Shown: positions 40,393 through 54,066, numbered from the stretch's first letter. The stretch is DNA of 64,000 nt from Clostridium sp. (GCA_023665725.1 JAMPDH010000004.1:166-64165), one strand, 5' to 3'. Program-made: numbers and translations. The notes: a model not told the origin generated them from the sequence alone.

Positions 40393-41583
40393 TTAAAAAT
40401 TAAACATTAACCATTCTGGTTTAAATATCATAAGAATTCCTATTAAAAGCATTATAATTCCACCTATTAAATGAGAATACTTAGTATATCTAGTAGATAT
40501 TGCTTTTATATTTAAAGTAAACATTGCTATAAAGAAAACAATTAAATCATCTATTAAAAAGAATAATATATAAATAAATATATAAATACATTTTTCAAAT
40601 AGGGATACATCATTAAGCGCTAAAACATTTGTAAATAATACTGGTAATCCTGCGGAGCAAGCTAGTTCTATAGCATTTACTGATATAGCTAAAATTATAA
40701 CTCCAAGCATTGCAAGAAAAAAACTTTTTTCTGATGTAAATTTTTTTATCTTTTCTATTATTTTTTTTCTTTTAGTATTATCTACTACTTCACAACCAGA
40801 ACCTTCTTTTAAAGATTTTATAAAACCTTTTATATTTATAAAAGCCCCAATTAAGGCAATTAACCCAATGAATATTTTAAGCCAATCTATAGTTGTTAAT
40901 AACTTTGTTGCAACTCTTAACCATATAAACATAAATGCTAAATATATAACAGCTGAAGTTACTAAGAATGTTATACCAAGTGCCCACATTCTTTTTTTAT
41001 TTTTCATATTAAATAACATAGTTATTAAAAATATTAATACCCACATAGCACATGGATTAAATCCATCAATTGTACCTATTATTATCGATAGTATTGGTAA
41101 AGATACCTTTGAAACATCTATATCTCCAAAAACAGTAGAAACCTTACCTATTTCTCCGTTTTTAATACTAAAATCTGATACATCAACACCATTTAATATA
41201 TCATTTATAACATCATAAGATTCTTCTAATGAATACTTATTAACTAGTTTTTCAATACTTTCCTTTACCCCATCACTATATCCAATATAATAATAATCCC
41301 CTATAACTGTAAATGGTACAAGTGATGAATCAATTTTTAGTTTTTCTTTTACATCTATCATTAGATTTCTATTTTCTTTATTTTCATTAATTTCATATAG
41401 ATGTAACTTAATATTATTAGAACTGCTTAATTCGTTTAAAAATTCAATTTCAGCTTTACAATGGCTACATGTATTAGAATGAAATAAATATATGTTTACT
41501 TGCTCTTTTGCTTCCACATTTGTAGAAGGAATTACAAATAATAAAGACATAATTATTATTAATAAATATTTAATTTTTTTCAT
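40393..41583 (-). CDS. Exported thioredoxin-like domain fused to a CcdA/DsbD-like membrane domain
   Basis: Signal peptide, CSHC, VPFTVIG, DGFNPCAMWVL, ELACSAGLP. Confidence 0.8.
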   Translation of the reverse strand: MKKIKYLLIIIMSLLFVIPSTNVEAKEQVNIYLFHSNTCSHCKAEIEFLNELSSSNNIKLHLYEINENKENRNLMIDVKEKLKIDSSLVPFTVIGDYYYIGYSDGVKESIEKLVNKYSLEESYDVINDILNGVDVSDFSIKNGEIGKVSTVFGDIDVSKVSLPILSIIIGTIDGFNPCAMWVLIFLITMLFNMKNKKRMWALGITFLVTSAVIYLAFMFIWLRVATKLLTTIDWLKIFIGLIALIGAFINIKGFIKSLKEGSGCEVVDNTKRKKIIEKIKKFTSEKSFFLAMLGVIILAISVNAIELACSAGLPVLFTNVLALNDVSLFEKCIYIFIYILFFLIDDLIVFFIAMFTLNIKAISTRYTKYSHLIGGIIMLLIGILMIFKPEWLMFNF

Positions 41584-41854
41584 TTTTAATTTCCTCTATT
41601 ACTTTTATTATTTCTTTTTTACTTTTTTCACCTTTTAAGCGAATTATTTCATTATCATTTTTATCTAAAAATATCATAACTGGTATAATTGTTCCTACAT
41701 TCCATTTTTCTACTTCTAAAGTATCAATATCATAGTCGTAATCTATAATATCTATATCAGGATATAGTTCTTTTATCTCATTTATTGTTTTTTTCATGAC
41801 TAAGCATCCACTACACCACATTGCATTAAACTTTAATATTTTCAATATAATCAC
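41570..41854 (-). CDS. Thioredoxin family protein
   Basis: WCSGC, IIP.MIF. Confidence 0.85.
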   Translation of the reverse strand: MIILKILKFNAMWCSGCLVMKKTINEIKELYPDIDIIDYDYDIDTLEVEKWNVGTIIPVMIFLDKNDNEIIRLKGEKSKKEIIKVIEEIKNEKN

Positions 41855-42985
41855 CTACTTTAACATTAAATTATTATAATTTTTATCAAATGATTTTAAA
41901 AATAAATCTAATTCTTCCTTAGTTGTATAATAAGATATACTTACTCTTAAACTTGATTGTGCCCTTTTTTCATCATTAGTAAGTGCGAAAACTGGCTTTG
42001 ATATATCCCCTGTTGAACATGCACTTTGTGTAGATATATATATATCATCTTCTTCAAATGCATGCAACATAGTTTCGGGTTTTATTCCTACTACACTAAA
42101 GTTAAGAATATATGGTATTGAAAAATCGTTACTATTAATATAAATATTTTCATATTTTTTTAAATGTTCTTTTAAATACATGTTTTTTTCATTTACATCT
42201 TTATATTTTTTTTCTAGATTAATATGTTCTAAACGCAGTGCCTTAGAAATGGAAATTATTAATGGTGTTGCTGGGGTACCACTTCTATAAACAGTTGTAC
42301 TTTTACCACCATGTATTATTGGTTCTAAATTTATTTTTTCTTTTTTTATTAAACATCCAATTCCTTTTAATCCATATATTTTATGAGCTGAAAAACTCAA
42401 TAAATCTATATTTTCAATTGGTATATTAACTTTTCCTATTGATTGTGTAGCATCAACATGGAAAAAACATTTGGGATATTCTTTTATAATATTCGCTATT
42501 TCTTCAATCGGTTGTAGTAACCCTATCTCACTATTTACAGAAGCTACACTTACAAGTATTGTATCATTTCTTAACAGACTCTTTAAATTATCTAAATCAA
42601 TCATTCCATTTTCATCAAGCTTTACAAAATCAATCTCAAATCCTTTATTTGCTAAATAGTTTAAAGGGCCATATATTGATGAATGTTCTAAAGGAGTTGT
42701 TATTATATGCTTACCCCTATTTTGATATTTAAAAGCAATACCTTTTATAGCTAGATTATTTGATTCACTTGAACCACTTGTATATATTACCTCATTTGGT
42801 TTAACATTTAATATAGAAGCTATTTGCTCTGTTGCATCACTTATTAATTTTTTACTTTTTACACCTAAAAAGTGTAAAGAATTGGGATTTCCTACATATT
42901 CTAAACAAACTCTATTAAACGTTTCAAGAACATCTTTATTAACGGGGGTTGTTGCACTATAATCCAAATATACCACTATAATCAC
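41855..42985 (-). CDS. Cysteine desulfurase (IscS/NifS family)
   Basis: YLDYSATTP, GNPNSLH, HVDATQ, SAHK, RSGT, SACS. Confidence 0.93.
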   Translation of the reverse strand: MIIVVYLDYSATTPVNKDVLETFNRVCLEYVGNPNSLHFLGVKSKKLISDATEQIASILNVKPNEVIYTSGSSESNNLAIKGIAFKYQNRGKHIITTPLEHSSIYGPLNYLANKGFEIDFVKLDENGMIDLDNLKSLLRNDTILVSVASVNSEIGLLQPIEEIANIIKEYPKCFFHVDATQSIGKVNIPIENIDLLSFSAHKIYGLKGIGCLIKKEKINLEPIIHGGKSTTVYRSGTPATPLIISISKALRLEHINLEKKYKDVNEKNMYLKEHLKKYENIYINSNDFSIPYILNFSVVGIKPETMLHAFEEDDIYISTQSACSTGDISKPVFALTNDEKRAQSSLRVSISYYTTKEELDLFLKSFDKNYNNLMLK

Positions 42986-43039
42986 CTAATATTTATTATA
43001 TCATACTATTTTCATAAAGTATTAAAAAAGTATAAATAT

Positions 43040-44740
<1,701 letters not shown>

Positions 44741-44758
44741 TTATTATAAAAGGAACCA

Positions 44759-45619
44759 TTAATCTGGTTCCATATGTATATTTATATACAAAATATTTTC
44801 ATATTTTTCTTTTATTTTCTCTTCTACTTCATCTGTGATATTATGAGCAGCTTCCAAACTTATACTTTTATCCATTGTAAGAATTAAAGAAAGTCTACTA
44901 TAAAACCCATACTTAGATAAAATTAATTCTTTTATATCTATAATACCATTAATACTTAAAATTAAACTTTTTAAAGAATCTAAAATTTCTTTATTTGTTT
45001 CTTGCTCACCAATTATTATACTTAAATTCTCTTTTAGTATATCATACCCTACTTTTATTATAAAAATACCAAGAACTATAGTCGCTATTAAATCTGCATA
45101 ACCAAAGATAGGGTTAATATTATATAACTGCATAATTAATACTGAAATTAATACAATTATGGAACTAATAACATCAGTTCTACTTTCATACCCACTAGAT
45201 ATCAATATATTGTTATTATAATTTTTACCTTTTTTTATTAAATAACAAGAAAGTATATACTTAAATATTATTGTTATTAAACTTACAACTACTACCAACA
45301 TACTAGGTATTATTATTTTATCAGTGAAAGCATTTATTATTAAAGACATACCTATAATTATAATAAAAACACTTATAATTATACTCGTTATATATTCTAT
45401 TTTTCCATGACCATATGGATGTTTGTCATCGGCTGGTTTTTTACTTAAATGATTACCTATTATAGCAACAAAATCTGTAACTAGATCACTCAATGAATGT
45501 ATTCCATCTGCAATAAGAGCATTTGAATACATAAAAATACCACAAAGTATTTTTATAACTACTAAAAATAAATTTGTAATTATGCTTTTTATAATTACTT
45601 TTGAAACATTATTATTCAT
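44759..45619 (-). CDS. Cation diffusion facilitator transporter
   Basis: ALIADGIHSLSD, KPADDKHPYGHGKIE, IHMEP. Confidence 0.92.
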   Translation of the reverse strand: MNNNVSKVIIKSIITNLFLVVIKILCGIFMYSNALIADGIHSLSDLVTDFVAIIGNHLSKKPADDKHPYGHGKIEYITSIIISVFIIIIGMSLIINAFTDKIIIPSMLVVVVSLITIIFKYILSCYLIKKGKNYNNNILISSGYESRTDVISSIIVLISVLIMQLYNINPIFGYADLIATIVLGIFIIKVGYDILKENLSIIIGEQETNKEILDSLKSLILSINGIIDIKELILSKYGFYSRLSLILTMDKSISLEAAHNITDEVEEKIKEKYENILYINIHMEPD

Positions 45620-45791
45620 AATCAATATCAAGTTATTTTTTTATAACTTTACTCCTTTTAATAATTTTATATATATTATATCTTTATTCCATATCAATAT
45701 ATTTTGCAACTACAAATATACCTTATTTTTAAATTATTAAAAGTATATCATTTTTTTATAAAAATTAAAACAACGATTATTAAAAATTATT

Positions 45792-46934
45792 TTATGTTTT
45801 TGATTTATATCTTGTAATAACACTATTAATTAAAACAAATAATACAGAAAAAAGGATAATAACCAACATATTTATAAAAATTGGTTGTAACGTTACTACA
45901 TTTATATCTTCCATTTCTTTTAATAATTCATTAGAATTTATATACCAATAATTAGGTAAAATATGTGCAATATCTAAAACATAGTGAGGAAGCCATTTAG
46001 CTTGAACGAAACCTCCAGATATAAAAGAAAAGCCTATTGCTATTACATTAACAACACCTGTTAATATTTTTTTATCATTTATAAATTTACTTATTAAAAG
46101 TGCTAAAGTTAAAGAACAAAGTGTAAATAGTAGTAGATTAATTATATATATTAATCCCATTAGTGTAAACATAATATTTCCTAAAATAATGACCCCGAGT
46201 ATAACAAAAAGAAACCAAACTATTATAGAATATAAAAGACTGGATAACAGTAGATACTTATTATAATTAATATTACTAATACTACTTACATCTATTTTTT
46301 TATCTATATTTGTTTCTTTAAAACTTGATAGTACTAAACAAACAATAAATATTACTGTAGTCATAATGCTATAACTTGCAAAATTAAAATAAAATGCTAT
46401 ATTACTAGTTTTAACAATATCTAATTTAGATTCAATTTTAATATTAGATTTTTTATCTATATTATCATTTATTAATTCTATTAATTCATTTTCATCTGTT
46501 GATTTTGAGCTATAAATATTTTGAACTTGTATATATCTAGATAAAATCATTTCAGCAAGACTTGATTTATAATCTCCTGTTTGTTTAACTACTATTTCAG
46601 GATTATGCCCTTTTAATATATCTCTTCCATAATTAGAAGGTATATCAATTATATAATTTATATCTTTATAAAATAATGCATCATCTATTAAATCTTCATT
46701 TTCTATATTTATGATATTACTATTACTTTCTATATATTTTATTAAATTATCAGTAATTAAATTTTTAGTATCATTATTAATTATTAATATATTTGGTTTA
46801 GTATCTATAAAATTTATTCCATTATCACTTGTTGACATATATAAAGCTCCAAATAAAATTAATAATGCGGTATATAATATTATAGTTATCTTATATTTTT
46901 TTACAATACTCCAAAATGTTTTAAATACTATCAT
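45792..46934 (-). CDS. ABC-2 type exporter permease
   Basis: TM, large extracellular loop, five TMs; SFISGGFV...LPNYWY. Confidence 0.85.
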   Translation of the reverse strand: MIVFKTFWSIVKKYKITIILYTALLILFGALYMSTSDNGINFIDTKPNILIINNDTKNLITDNLIKYIESNSNIINIENEDLIDDALFYKDINYIIDIPSNYGRDILKGHNPEIVVKQTGDYKSSLAEMILSRYIQVQNIYSSKSTDENELIELINDNIDKKSNIKIESKLDIVKTSNIAFYFNFASYSIMTTVIFIVCLVLSSFKETNIDKKIDVSSISNINYNKYLLLSSLLYSIIVWFLFVILGVIILGNIMFTLMGLIYIINLLLFTLCSLTLALLISKFINDKKILTGVVNVIAIGFSFISGGFVQAKWLPHYVLDIAHILPNYWYINSNELLKEMEDINVVTLQPIFINMLVIILFSVLFVLINSVITRYKSKT

Positions 46935-48097
46935 ATCTTTGTCTCCTTAATCCTTTATAAGATATAGCAATCATAAGACACGAAAAAGCAAAGATACTTA
47001 ATACATTAAACATAAATCTATCTAATATAATAATACAATGAATAAAATGCATCTGTTATTATTGCACATGGATTAATTTTATTAAGAAGTGGAATATTTT
47101 TATCTATTACATACTTCATTGTTATTCCCATCATTCCTGATAAAAAGCAAAATAGCATTGTAATCGCAATCAAAATTCCTATTTTCACAGTTTCATTTGC
47201 TTTTATAAGCGTTGAAATTGTAATTCCAAATGTTAGTCCAGCAAATACTGCTAAAAATATAAATAATATTGGAATTATTAAATTAGTTCCATAATCTACT
47301 TTTAAAACCAATAAAGTAAATATAAATAATATTAAAACTCCTATAAGTCCTAGTACATAACTTGCACTTAAACTACCTAGTAATGATTTTACTTTACTTT
47401 CTGGTGATACAAAAGTTCTTTTTCCTACACTACTAGAAGAAGCTAATTTATAATTTGTCACAACCATTGATAATATTCCACTATATAAGCAAGACAAAGC
47501 AATTAGTGTATAATATTCTATCATTGTATAATTCATATTTTTATTAGATATATCATTTAAATTAACCATATCAGTTTGAATTAAATCTAATATATCATTT
47601 TTTATTTTTTCATGATCAATAGTATAATTTTCTTGTTCTAATTGTTTATCAATTTCTTTTATAGATAAAGTATGTAATAATATATTATTACTCATTATTT
47701 TATCAACTATATTTCTTAGTATTGTTTCATATATACCACTAGATTTTACGGTTATATTAATATCATCATTATTAAATGTAATATATCCTATAACTGAATT
47801 ATCTTTTAATAAATTTTCTGCTTCATCTAAATTAACATATGATATATTAAATAATCTATCTTCATTTTGCGGATCACTTAGTGTTTTAAAAGCATTTATA
47901 TATATTTCATTATTATTAAAATCATCACTTTCTACAATAGCTAAGTTTATTATATTTAGTTTTTGGTTATCTTCTAAATCACTGAAAGCCATATTGAAAA
48001 AAATACCTAGAATAATCGGAAATGCGAATACCCAAAATATTAACATTTTATTTCTTAATAAAGTTTTTAAAGAATATTTAAAATTATGAAAAAACAT
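46921..48097 (-). pseudogene. ABC-2 permease with frameshift near the 3' end
   Basis: ORF stops at 47018 (YYYIR*). A shifted frame continues LDRFMFNVLSIFAFSCLMIAISYKGLRRQRYDSI* to 46921, overlapping the next start. Confidence 0.65.
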
Positions 48098-49035
48098 TAA
48101 TCTCTTAGTTCCTTACCAGTAAGTTTTAGAAAAACATCATTTAATGTTGGTCTTTCAGAAAATATTTTATTATAGGATATTTTACTTTCCTTTAAAAAAT
48201 TTATAAGTTCCTCTAAATTATTTTTACCCTTTTTATATGTAATAACTAAATTATTTCTATTTACTATAATATTATCTACATTAGGAAGGATTTTAATATA
48301 TTCTATTATACTTTTATTAAATGAATTTACATCTATGGTTATTTTTTCTTCTGTTTTAGAAATTTTTATTAACTTTTCTAAGGTGCCAGTTGCTAAAACT
48401 TTACCCTCATTAAGTATAATAATTCTATCACAAAGTATTTCTACCTCTTCCATATAGTGTGTTGTATAAATAATAGTAGCGCCATTATCTCTTAATTTTT
48501 TTATTCCGTCTAATATATTGTTTCTACTTTGTGGATCTACTGCTACGGTTGGTTCATCTAAAAATATTATTTTTGGTTTATGCGCTATACCGCAAGCAAT
48601 ATTAAGCCTTCTAAGTAAACCTCCTGATAATTGTTTTGGATAAAATTTTTTATAATTTTGTAAACCTACCAGTTCTAAAGCATCTTCTATGTATTTTTTT
48701 CTAGTAATTTTATCAGTTACATAAAGTCCACAAAAATAATCGATATTTTCATATACTGTTAATTCTTGAAATACTGCAACTTCTTGAAATATAACTCCAA
48801 TTTGCCTTTTAATGTCATATGAAGATGGCGTCATAGTCTTATTAAAAATTTTTACTATTCCTTTATCATATTTTAAAAGTTGTAAAATACAATTTATGGT
48901 TGTAGATTTACCACTACCATTTGGACCAAGTAATCCTAATATTTCACCTTTTTTAACTTCAAAAGACAAATTATCTATTGCTTTTCTATTTTTATATTTT
49001 TTTGTTAACTCTTTTATTTCTATTATGTTGTCCAT
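48097..49035 (-). CDS. ABC exporter ATP-binding protein
   Basis: GPNGSGKST, LSGG, FLDEPT, TTHYM. Confidence 0.95.
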   Translation of the reverse strand: MDNIIEIKELTKKYKNRKAIDNLSFEVKKGEILGLLGPNGSGKSTTINCILQLLKYDKGIVKIFNKTMTPSSYDIKRQIGVIFQEVAVFQELTVYENIDYFCGLYVTDKITRKKYIEDALELVGLQNYKKFYPKQLSGGLLRRLNIACGIAHKPKIIFLDEPTVAVDPQSRNNILDGIKKLRDNGATIIYTTHYMEEVEILCDRIIILNEGKVLATGTLEKLIKISKTEEKITIDVNSFNKSIIEYIKILPNVDNIIVNRNNLVITYKKGKNNLEELINFLKESKISYNKIFSERPTLNDVFLKLTGKELRD

Positions 49036-49131
49036 ATACATTTTCCCCTTATATTCAAAATATCTATATTCAGTAGTATATGAATTTATTACAATAACTT
49101 TTAAGAAAAAAAAGATATGATTTCATACCTT

Positions 49132-50001
49132 TTAATTACTAACCTTAATATCTCCACAACTATTTTCTATTTTTAATATAATATCAGAATTATGATTTTT
49201 TCCGATTTTTACATTTCCTAAATCTGTTTTAGCATCTATAAAGACTTCATTTATTGTTCCTATTTTTATATTACCTAAATCATCTTTTATAAATGAGTTT
49301 TTATTTAAATTAACTTCATTAATTTCTATATCACCGCAGTTATTAGTTATATCTAGATAATTACCAACTTTATTTATATCTATATCCCCATAATTATTGT
49401 CTACGGTTACATCACTAGCATATCCAATTTTTATATCTCCTGCTTTTTCCTTCATATTTAATATTTCAGCCTTATTTACATCTATATCTCCATAATTATT
49501 ACTTATAGTAACATTATAACCATTTATAACTTTTACATCACCACAGTCTTCTTCTATATTTATATATGCATTATTTAAATCTCCTATATCTATATCTCCA
49601 TAATTATTAATTATTTCTATATTTCCATTGTAGTTTTGTGGCACATATACTTCTATTTTTTGAATAGATGTATTAAAACAAAAAAATCTACATGGTTGTT
49701 GTTTTGATATTACTGATAATTTATCGCTATTCTCCTCCACATTAGTACTTTCTTTATCTCCATAAACCACAACTCTAAAATTATCATTAGTTGGCAATAC
49801 AGAAATATCTCCTGCATTTGACTTTATGTAAATTTCTTTAAAGTCTTTATCATAAATTTCATCTACAACTAACTCTGTACTAACTCTATGTCCAAATAAA
49901 AATCTAGTTTTATCATTCATACCCATAACCATAAAAACTATCAAAGCAATACATATGATGGATAATAAAACAATTAAAAATATAGTTAATTTTTTATTCA
50001 T
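49132..50001 (-). CDS. DUF4097-type beta-strand repeat membrane protein
   Basis: N-terminal TM, repeated NNYGDI/DCGDV/DLGNV units. Confidence 0.8.
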   Translation of the reverse strand: MNKKLTIFLIVLLSIICIALIVFMVMGMNDKTRFLFGHRVSTELVVDEIYDKDFKEIYIKSNAGDISVLPTNDNFRVVVYGDKESTNVEENSDKLSVISKQQPCRFFCFNTSIQKIEVYVPQNYNGNIEIINNYGDIDIGDLNNAYINIEEDCGDVKVINGYNVTISNNYGDIDVNKAEILNMKEKAGDIKIGYASDVTVDNNYGDIDINKVGNYLDITNNCGDIEINEVNLNKNSFIKDDLGNIKIGTINEVFIDAKTDLGNVKIGKNHNSDIILKIENSCGDIKVSN

Positions 50002-50609
50002 TTTTCTTCTCCTTTCATTATAAATATTAATTTTAAGATTTCACATATTAGAGCATAAACAATCCAAATAATCCATGTTATATGCCATGCCATCGTAATA
50101 AAACTAATTAGCAAATATATAATTACCGTTATAATTGAAAGTATGCTTTCAATTTGTTTTCTTAATGCGTTTTTATTTTCTTTAGTTTTTTCTTTTTTAT
50201 AAACTATACAAGTATAAATAATTACAGATGTTGCTACACCACAAATAATTAAAAATATTGCTGATGCAACAACTGGATTAAACATTAAAACTGGAATTGT
50301 TATCATTATCCAAGCTATTGCTACAAAGTATAATAATATTCCTACCCCTATACCAATTGCTCGTTTATGTTTGACTGATTCATTTTCATTCGAACGTCTC
50401 GCATCATCATTTTTTTCTCCAGTAAGTAATTCATTTGGTGTAATATCATATAAATCACAAAGTGGTGTTATTCTATCAAAGTCTGGCGTAGATTGATCTG
50501 TTTCCCATTTAGAAATTGTTTGTCTTGAAACATTTAGTTTTTCTGCAACCTCTTCCTGTGATAATTGTTTTTTCTTTCTCAATTCTAAAAGTCTTTGACC
50601 TAAATTCAT
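49998..50609 (-). CDS. XRE-family HTH regulator with C-terminal TM helices
   Basis: LSQEEVAEKLNVSRQTISKWE plus four TMs. Confidence 0.9.
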   Translation of the reverse strand: MNLGQRLLELRKKKQLSQEEVAEKLNVSRQTISKWETDQSTPDFDRITPLCDLYDITPNELLTGEKNDDARRSNENESVKHKRAIGIGVGILLYFVAIAWIMITIPVLMFNPVVASAIFLIICGVATSVIIYTCIVYKKEKTKENKNALRKQIESILSIITVIIYLLISFITMAWHITWIIWIVYALICEILKLIFIMKGEEK

Positions 50610-51014
50610 AATACTATCCTCCTCTTCCTCATAAATTATAGTTTTTTTTAAAGTTGCAGTCTATCTATTTGAGTTGGAAATTTGTCAACTAGGTTTAACA
50701 TTTTACTGTTTTACTTCTAATTTATAATATTCATATATTTAGATAATACTAGTATAACATATATTTAAAAAAGACTTAATAAAAAACTTATTAAGTTTAT
50801 TTATATATACTTTTATTTAGTTTTTGTCATTGTTTTTTATACATACTTATATTATCATTAATACTTGTCGATTAACATAATGTGATATACTTGCCAAGTA
50901 CAATGACCAAAATCTTTATCTAATGCATTTATACAACCATATTAACTACTAGCACATTCTTCTTTTAGTATAACAGATTTAGAATTTTTTTCATTTACTT
51001 CATACTCTTATTCA

Positions 51015-52592
51015 TTATTTTCTTACAAAAGTTGTAGAAACACCACAATCAAAATTATTACTTCCTAAATAACCAATCAAAGTATGTAATTTTTTATCAT
51101 CAACTTGAAATGATATGTACTCAGGCATATCTAGTTTGTCTCCATCTAATATGGAAAATGAATTAATATAAATAATCACGTCATCATCAGTATAATCAGT
51201 AGTAGCAAATCCATAATTACCAGTATATAGAGACCATCCACCACAATAATTGATATTAACTCGGGCCTTATTATTTTCTAATAACTCAACATATGATGTA
51301 CTTGCATATTCACTTCCTGTACCAACATACTTACCTAAATATTGTTTACTACGATCTACTTCTATAGTTTTCCAATCCCATTTGGAATAGTCAAGTTTCC
51401 TACCAAAAAAGGAAATTATATCATTAAAATCAGTTTCAGAAATACTTATTTCGTTTTGATTTTCATCGTACTTTAAATATTCTGGACCATAAACCCAACT
51501 ATCATAATAAAGAATATATTTAAAATCTTTCCAATTGGAAACCTTTTGTTTAATTGATTTTACATTTCCAAGATATTTATATATATCATTACGGGCCCCT
51601 CCACCAATATAAATAGATACCTGACCATTTTCATATATATCAGATATGTCATTATATTTTAATTGTCCAATAGCAGGTACAGCTCTATTTCCATCTAAAT
51701 AATAAATTTCAAAAGGATTAGGCACATTATAATCTTCAGCTAAAATAAGTTCGTCAATGCCATCACCATTCACATCATATAAAGTGTAATAATACTTATT
51801 ACCAGCATAATTCTCATTAATTGTTACCCCGACGCTTAGTTTATCATCTTTAGATGAATAAGATAACACTTGTCTATACTTGTCTATAATTTCATCATAC
51901 GCTTTTTTTTGATTATTCTGCTTTTGTTCCAAAGAAGATATTTTTGTCTTACACACTAAATCACCTAAACCAGTATATTTATTATAATCAATATCAATAA
52001 TACCTTCTGATGTTGCGTTATTTTTAATGTTATTATAAATTGATGGATATATTAAGATAAATCCAAAATTATCATAAGTAAAACTATCTTTAGTTTGTTC
52101 AGTCTTTATTGATTTATTAAGTATAGATTCAACACTTTTCCCTCCATCACTATATAACTCTTTATTTAAAGTAAATTGGTTATTGTTAATATTATATATA
52201 ATATATTCTATCTCTTTACCATCTGCAGTTAAATATAATTTTATAATATTATTATCTTTAACTATATAATTATTAGACCCAAATTCTTCAAATAAATTTT
52301 TTCTAAAATCACTAATATTAACGTTGTCAACATCTATAGAACTTTCATAAGTAGCTAGTTTTTTAAGCCATTCTTTAATTGCATCATCATTATCAAAACT
52401 TTGACCATTATACATTAACTCACAACTATAGGTACCGTCCGGTAGAACTTTAGAATCAGATGTTTCATTAGATAAATTACTATTATTAAAAATCAATAAG
52501 GTTGTTATACCTCCTATAATAGTAGTGCCAATGATTATTGTTACTAGTAAGTGGCTTTTAATCCAATAACCCATATTTATAAAAATTTTCAT
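51015..52592 (-). CDS. Hypothetical membrane-anchored exported protein
   Basis: N-terminal TM; DVNGDGIDEL Ca-binding-like loop; no family recognised. Confidence 0.7.
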   Translation of the reverse strand: MKIFINMGYWIKSHLLVTIIIGTTIIGGITTLLIFNNSNLSNETSDSKVLPDGTYSCELMYNGQSFDNDDAIKEWLKKLATYESSIDVDNVNISDFRKNLFEEFGSNNYIVKDNNIIKLYLTADGKEIEYIIYNINNNQFTLNKELYSDGGKSVESILNKSIKTEQTKDSFTYDNFGFILIYPSIYNNIKNNATSEGIIDIDYNKYTGLGDLVCKTKISSLEQKQNNQKKAYDEIIDKYRQVLSYSSKDDKLSVGVTINENYAGNKYYYTLYDVNGDGIDELILAEDYNVPNPFEIYYLDGNRAVPAIGQLKYNDISDIYENGQVSIYIGGGARNDIYKYLGNVKSIKQKVSNWKDFKYILYYDSWVYGPEYLKYDENQNEISISETDFNDIISFFGRKLDYSKWDWKTIEVDRSKQYLGKYVGTGSEYASTSYVELLENNKARVNINYCGGWSLYTGNYGFATTDYTDDDVIIYINSFSILDGDKLDMPEYISFQVDDKKLHTLIGYLGSNNFDCGVSTTFVRK

Positions 52593-52809
52593 GATACGCC
52601 TCCAATCATTGATAAGTCTTTGGTTTTATATATTTAATATTAAGATTAACTAAACTAATTTTTTTGTACCATCTCTTTAAATTATTTATCAATTATTTCA
52701 TTTTTTATTGATAAATCATATTTAACCAATCTTTTCAAATATAAAATAAGTTCTAATTTATGTAATTATTATAACATTGTAAAAATAAAATTTCTATAAT
52801 GTTTAGTTA

Positions 52810-52996
52810 TATTTTAATTCATAATAGCAAAAATGGAGCCATAAGGCTCCTTCAGGGGGCGAAATTTTTTCTTACCTTTTTTGCTTAAAACTTCACTTTT
52901 CCCTTATTTTTAGTCTAATTTTGTTTATTTTTAATTAATAATAATTAAAAAGTTTTAATAAAAATTTAGAATTTTAATACCTAATTATTACCTAAA
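52810..52996. repeat. Cassette junction repeat copy 1 (32-bp core + ~140-bp arm)
   Basis: Core caaaaatggagccataaggctccttcaggggg at 52828-52859; arm ends in tandem ttaatacctaa/ttattacctaa (52974-52995). Confidence 0.92.
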
Positions 52997-53010
52997 TTTT
53001 ATATTGTAAT

Positions 53011-53355
53011 TTATTTAACAATTTTATGTTGTTCTTTATTCCAAGCAGGAGCGCAAGACATAGAAACAACACAGTATGTTGAATCCCAATAATATTTTTC
53101 ATTTGAATCTATTAAAATAGAATCTCCTTTTTCAAACTTAATACAATCATTTTCAAAATATAATTTTCCGTTTCCATCAAGAACATAAATTAATTCTTTG
53201 CTAATAGTATTTACACAATAATTATTTTCTGGGTATCTTCCTGTTATAGTTGCTACACCTAAATCAATATCTTTATCATTAAATGAATATTCTAATGTCT
53301 TACATTTATCATTATTTGCACCTTTAATGGCATTATAACTTTTTATAACTTGCAT
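53011..53355 (-). CDS. Cupin-domain protein
   Basis: ELIYVLDGNGKL...FEKGDSILI...KYYW. Confidence 0.75.
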   Translation of the reverse strand: MQVIKSYNAIKGANNDKCKTLEYSFNDKDIDLGVATITGRYPENNYCVNTISKELIYVLDGNGKLYFENDCIKFEKGDSILIDSNEKYYWDSTYCVVSMSCAPAWNKEQHKIVK

Positions 53356-53379
53356 TTTATGACCTCACTTTCATAATTA

Positions 53380-54066
53380 TTAATTATTACTATCTTTATT
53401 ATTTAAGTCTATTCCATCAATACAATTTTCATAAATCCATTGTTTTAAATCTATCATATCTCCACTTTCATAATACCTAATTAGCTTTTCATAGAATGTT
53501 GGTTGATCATCTTGTGCAATGGTTATAATTCCACATCCATTATCAATCATTATTTTATTTGCAAATAACATAGCAACTCTTTTATTTCCATCAATAAACA
53601 TTTGTCTTCTCATTACTGATAACATTATTTCAATAGCAATTTCAGTTTTAGTTTTTTCCGGCTGATTTAATAATAACTCTAATTCTTCTTTTATTTGACT
53701 TTCTATTGGAAATTGAGGTTTCCATTTAGTACCACCTATATTTACAGATGTAGTTCTAATTCTTCCTAATTCTTGATCTAGTACTAACTTATCTGCAACT
53801 AATTTATGAATGTGACATAAAGCATTATAATCGTATTCAATGTCATCGTTTTCTAAAATAAATTGCCATGCATATTTTAAATTATTAATAGCAATTATTT
53901 TATCAACAGTTAAACCATTTACAACTCCACCATCATATATAGCTTGTGTTTCAGGATAGGTTACTCCAATACCCTCTAAATTAGCACTTTTCCATATATA
54001 ATCTACTATATTTCTTTTAACAATAAACACATTTTGCTCTCTTGTTAAATTAAATTTATTTTCCAT
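53380..54066 (-). CDS. Fic/Doc family protein with non-canonical motif
   Basis: SANLEG, IHKLV, GRIRT..V.IGGT, RQMFIDGNKRVA. Confidence 0.88.
   Translation of the reverse strand: MENKFNLTREQNVFIVKRNIVDYIWKSANLEGIGVTYPETQAIYDGGVVNGLTVDKIIAINNLKYAWQFILENDDIEYDYNALCHIHKLVADKLVLDQELGRIRTTSVNIGGTKWKPQFPIESQIKEELELLLNQPEKTKTEIAIEIMLSVMRRQMFIDGNKRVAMLFANKIMIDNGCGIITIAQDDQPTFYEKLIRYYESGDMIDLKQWIYENCIDGIDLNNKDSNN

Noticed and set aside
50857-51010. Possible pseudogene fragment or fourth cassette junction downstream of the 525-aa gene
   Set aside because: No core or arm sequence found; the short interrupted reading frame is unrecognisable.
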